DNA of 64,000 nucleotides from Eledone cirrhosa. Lineage: Eukaryota. Both the position numbers and the translations under genes were made by a program. The DNA is taken from positions 316,138,001 through 316,202,000 of the forward strand of contig OZ024740.1 in NCBI GenBank assembly GCA_964016885.1, given 5' to 3'. Below are positions 61,462-64,000 of the stretch, piece by piece. The notes below the pieces were generated by a model that saw nothing but the letters and a program-made list of their open reading frames with translations, was not told the DNA's origin and did no database searches. Within the stretch, counting starts at the first letter, position 1. Each line of letters begins with the position of its first letter.

Positions 61462-62224
61462 AGGTTCTCTACCCTCAAGTAATAACCAGGTTCTCTACCC
61501 TCAAGTAATAACCAGGATCTCTATTCTCAAGTATATAACCAGGATCTCTACTCTCAAGTATATAACCAGGATCTCTACTCTCAAGCATATAACCAGGTTC
61601 TCTACCCTCAAGTATATAACCAGGATCTCTACTCTCAAGTATATAACCAGGTTCTCTACCCTCAAGTAATAACCAGGTTCTCTACCCTCAAGTATATAAC
61701 CAGGATCTCTACCCTCAACTAATAACCAGGTTCTCTACCCTCAACTAATAACCAGGTTCTCTACTCTCAAGTATATAACCAGGTTCTCTACTCTCAAGTA
61801 TATAACCAGGTTCTCTACCCTCAAGTAATAACCAGGATCTCTACTCTCAAGTATATAACCAGGTTCTCTACTCTCAAGTATATAACCAAGTTCTCTACCC
61901 TCAAGTAATAACCAGGTTCTCTACCCTCAAGTAATAACCAGGTTCTCTACCCTCGAGTAATAACCAGGTTCTCTACTGTCAAGTATATAACCAAGTTCTC
62001 TACTGTCAAGTATATAACCAAGTTCTCTACCCTCGAGTATATAACCAGGGTATCTACTCTCAAGTATATAACCAGGATCTTGACTCTCAAATATATAACC
62101 AGGTTCTGTACCCTCAAATATATAACCAGGGTCTCTACCCTCGAGTATCTAACCAGGTTCTCTACTCTCAAGTATCTAACCAGGTTCTCTACTCTCAAGT
62201 ATATAACCAGGGTCTCTACTCTCT
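61462..62224. repeat. 26/27-bp minisatellite (ataaccaggttctctaccctcaagta(t))
   Basis: About 28 copies visible; ORF repeat KYITRISTL equals 27 bp. Confidence 0.95.
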
Positions 62225-62737
62225 AACTGAATATCACTACTACACCAATGATAACCATGACAACTTACATAGATATGGATTAGTTGATATGGGTGAGGAA
62301 AACTATGAGGTTGTGACATGTTTTTCTCAAATTTATAAGGCTTCATATGAAGTGATTCTAGCCAGAAACTAGAAAATTAAATACTAGAATAACATACTTT
62401 TATTTACACAAATATTTCACATAAGAAACAGAGTGAGAAAAATAATTAAATGATGGAGAAAAAATGGGGTGGTGGTATATTTCAACTGTGTCCTTCAGAC
62501 AAGATGGCAAAAGCATTACCAAGGAGAACAGTCAGAAACTTCCACTGCATCAGCCACTGTACTTCATGGGGCTCCTCCCTTAAGTGTGATGTACTCTTCT
62601 TGATTTTGCTGTGGAAATCAGTAGTCCAGAGACCGAGGACACAGGAGGTCTCAACAACAGCCATCTTGGAAAGGAAATTATGTTAGTGATGTTTTTGCTG
62701 TGATCTTAATAGCCACCTCAAACATACTATTTGACCA

Positions 62738-62738
62738 T

Positions 62739-62792
<54 letters not shown>

Positions 62793-62878
62793 TTTGTGGT
62801 AGCAGTAGTTGTAGTGGTGGTAGTAGTAGTGGTGGTGGTTCTAGTAGTAGTAGTAGTAGTAGTAGATGATGATGATAA
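62738..62878. repeat. (TAG)n/(TGG)n microsatellite
   Basis: Visible directly. Confidence 0.95.
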
Positions 62879-63279
62879 TATGTTTTTTATGAGGATAATA
62901 GCATTTACCTCCACCACTATCATTTGCATCACATTAAACAATAATGAACATATTTATAACATCCTTTGAATTGCATATCATAAAATATTGCAAGAGTGTT
63001 GTAGTTATTTTCTCTAACTTTATTTATTATTCATTTATTCTGTTCCTAACTATTCTGCTATTAAAACTGATAGTAGCTTCTCTAAAGATAATAATATAGC
63101 TAATGCTATACACAACTCGATATCATTGTTTCACTCAGGGTACAATTTGATGCTCCTTTACTGCTTGTTTGATTTGTGTTGTTATTCTTCTCTGTTTAGT
63201 CCTGTGATCGAGCAGAACAGAGGTATGTAGGTAATCATTTGCTTGAACAAATAGATGTTATTAATAGATCTATTGTAAC

Positions 63280-63740
63280 AGATATACCATGGTTCTGACT
63301 AGATAAAGAGCATGTTGCACTCTGTGACAAAGAAATGGCAGTTATAGATATACCATATCTCTGCCTAGATAAAAAGTATACTGCATGCTTTGACAATGGA
63401 ATGTAGTTTAATTCCAGATGCACCATGGCTCTGCCAAAGCAAACAGCATGCTGCTCATTGGGACAAAGGAATGGCTAATTCTATGGAGTGCAGTTCCAAA
63501 CACACCATGGCTCTGCCAAGATAAATAACTGCTGCACTATATGACTGTATAATGGCTAATTCTATGTAGTGGGGTTCTGGATATACGATGGCTCTGTCTA
63601 GATAAAGAACTGCTGCTTTCTTTGACACTGGAATGGCAGTTTTAGATATACCATGGCTCTGACTAGATAAACAGCATGCTGCACTCGGTGACAAAGGAAT
63701 GGCAGTTCTAGATATAACATGGCTCAGCCAAGATTAACAG
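63280..63740. repeat. Degenerate ~66-bp tandem repeat (some units longer)
   Basis: gatataccatggctctg.ctagataaa..gcatgctgcact...ggaatggcagtt recurs about 6-7 times. Confidence 0.8.
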
Positions 63741-64000
63741 AGATGGTGATTTTAGAAAGTCTTATAGTAGTAGTTCTCTGAGGGGCTGTAGTTGTGTTTA
63801 GGGTGATTTTACATGTAATAACTTGAATTGTGATAGTTGTAGTTTGGTTGCATCTCTTCTGTATATGTTGTGAATGTTGTGGAGAAGTTATATGTAACTT
63901 TAAGTAATTTTGTTTTCTGTATGCATGTGTGGTATGTTTTATATTGTTGTGTGTGGTGGGTGGTTATTGTAAAGTTCTGAGTGGTTATGAGTAAAGGCAT

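Overview
AT-rich eukaryotic, repeat-dominated DNA. It is probably an Octopus-type cephalopod, inferred only from the repeat landscape. No host protein-coding exon could be supported. Four ~97-99% similar (by eye) copies of one RTE-clade LINE dominate the window: two have intact EN+RT ORFs and two are 5'-truncated. All sit beside (TA)n and end in a stem-loop plus (GAT)n, and their RT carries an inserted C4HC3 PHD-type zinc finger. Also present are sister and older RTE families, tRNA-derived SINEs with swappable tails (one uses the RTE 3' UTR), hAT, mariner, piggyBac-like, Chapaev-like and Helitron remnants, an R4/Dong tail, several minisatellites, kb-scale (TA)n tracts and a 200-N gap. The least expected signal is a set of minimal hammerhead-ribozyme motifs on short islands in or next to (TA)n: three well formed (19357-19409, 43327-43364, 55149-55185) and three degenerate. 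They have palindromic stem III, C3-G8 versus U3-A8 covariation and a downstream poly(A) signal, resembling Penelope-like pseudo-LTR ribozymes.
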